Shown here: positions 62,638 through 64,000 of the stretch, one piece after another
How positions within the stretch are numbered: position 1 is the first letter of the stretch
How the letters are laid out: the number at the start of each line of letters is the position of its first letter
Origin: Mobula hypostoma
Lineage: Eukaryota
NCBI RefSeq assembly: GCF_963921235.1
Contig: NC_086108.1
Location: forward strand, 10,664,001 to 10,728,000
DNA: 64,000 nucleotides
Direction: 5' to 3'
Notes under the pieces: generated by a model
What the model saw: only the letters and a program-made list of their open reading frames with translations
What the model was told of the DNA's origin: nothing
Databases searched by the model: none
Made by a program: the position numbers and the translations under genes

Positions 62638-64000
62638 CTGGGATAATCTAATCTGAGCAATTGCACGTGGACTCTGAGTTTCTGCTAATCCTGAGATCAT
62701 TCTCAGAGAAGCTGTGCATTGTGTACAGTGGCAAATCTGCCATTAACCTCATTACCTTGGCCCACTGTCTGAGTGATGTAGTTTAACTGGTTTGAGTTGA
62801 AAAGAACAAAAGTCACCTACGGCGTGAAGTTGTGTACCTTGGACCTTGAAGGTGTTATAGGTCAGTCACCAATAACACTGAAATGCAACATTTGAGCTGG
62901 TAAGAAATGAATTTAATAGCAGACACTTTGAATGCAAGATAGCGACAACTCTCTAACAATCAGAGAGCAACCACTGTGGATGTGGAGTACCCTACATGCA
63001 CGTGGAGACTGCAGTGTCACCATGAGGAACACATGACTCCTTTTACTGGGATTACCTTTTCTATTCTTTGACTATTCCTGGAGGTTCAGGAAGATGTAGT
63101 GGGTGTGCACATAAATATTCATGTGTGAATTCAAGAGCGCTTCCATTGAGATAATAAATGTACTGTTAGTAATTTCAGATTCTCCCTGTGCCTCTCTGAT
63201 CATTATTACCTAGCGGCAGATTATTGTAACGAAGGTGTTAAAGGCCAAGCTGTAATCATGGAGAGATTGTTTTGATCAGCAAGACAATCTATGTATCCCT
63301 TTAAAATCAATCAATCTATCAATCAATCAATCAAATGTCTGTTACACTGCTGGTGTTTAGGGTAGCAGTGAAGTCTATCACATTGCACCCAGCTATAGAA
63401 GTATTCTTCATGGCTGTTCCTGTAATAATTGTTTTTGAACAGTCAGGATTGTCAACCCTGAGCAGGAGGACTGGTGGACAACTCTTAGTCTGGCCTCTAC
63501 CCTTTAACCGGTTTGGCAAGGGGGACTCTACCGAGAGCCAAGGCACTGGCTCCAGCCGGCATAGCTCTCTGGGTCACTGAGGCATGTAAGCCTCTGAATT
63601 CTGTGACAAGATTGTGGTCCTCCTGGAGGTTTAAAAATGAGCTGAGGAGGAATTTCTTCATAGAGGGTGTTCAATTTGTAGAACTTGTTGCCGCAGAGAC
63701 CAGCCACTTGTGTGTTTAAGGCAGTAAAAGATAGATTTTGATTGGTAAGGAGGTTAAGGGGTTATGGTTAGAAGCAGGAGAATGGGGTTGAAAGTTAAAA
63801 ATATCAGCAAGGATTGAACAGCAAAGCAGACTTGAGAAACCAAATGACCTAATTCTGCTCCTGTGTTGTACCATAGCTCTTACACTATGTTAAGCCAGAT
63901 AGGGCAGCAAGTGAATAATTTAAGTTGTGAATCCTTAATGTCACGTTCAGAACACCACAGCCAATTCCTCTCCATCTCTTATAGTATGCAGAGAATTTGA

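Overview
Vertebrate genomic DNA, most likely a cartilaginous fish (inferred from the repeat landscape). It is dominated by decayed retroelements (CR1, Rex1/Babar, RTE, Penelope-like/PLE, R4/Dong, Hero, L1/Tx1), DNA transposons (Tc1, hAT, Chapaev3-like), TG/CA simple repeats and TE-derived tandem arrays. Almost all ORF-track entries are TE remnants or microsatellite artefacts. Reading the unique islands by hand gave a phase-compatible chain of 9 minus-strand exons (62606 down to 5342, about 257 aa) that resembles SPATA9 (comparison from memory, needs BLAST), plus a possible terminal exon of a convergent plus-strand gene at 498-613. Most notable: (1) short palindromic PLE-derived elements with target-site duplications that carry minimal type I hammerhead ribozyme motifs; (2) a Hero LINE 3' UTR containing the hammerhead core segments in a non-canonical, pseudoknot-requiring order; (3) a degenerate 28S rRNA fragment joined to an R4/Dong-clade element; (4) an apparent gene-conversion tract between arms of a Rex1 palindrome. 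TE boundaries are approximate unless TSDs are quoted.
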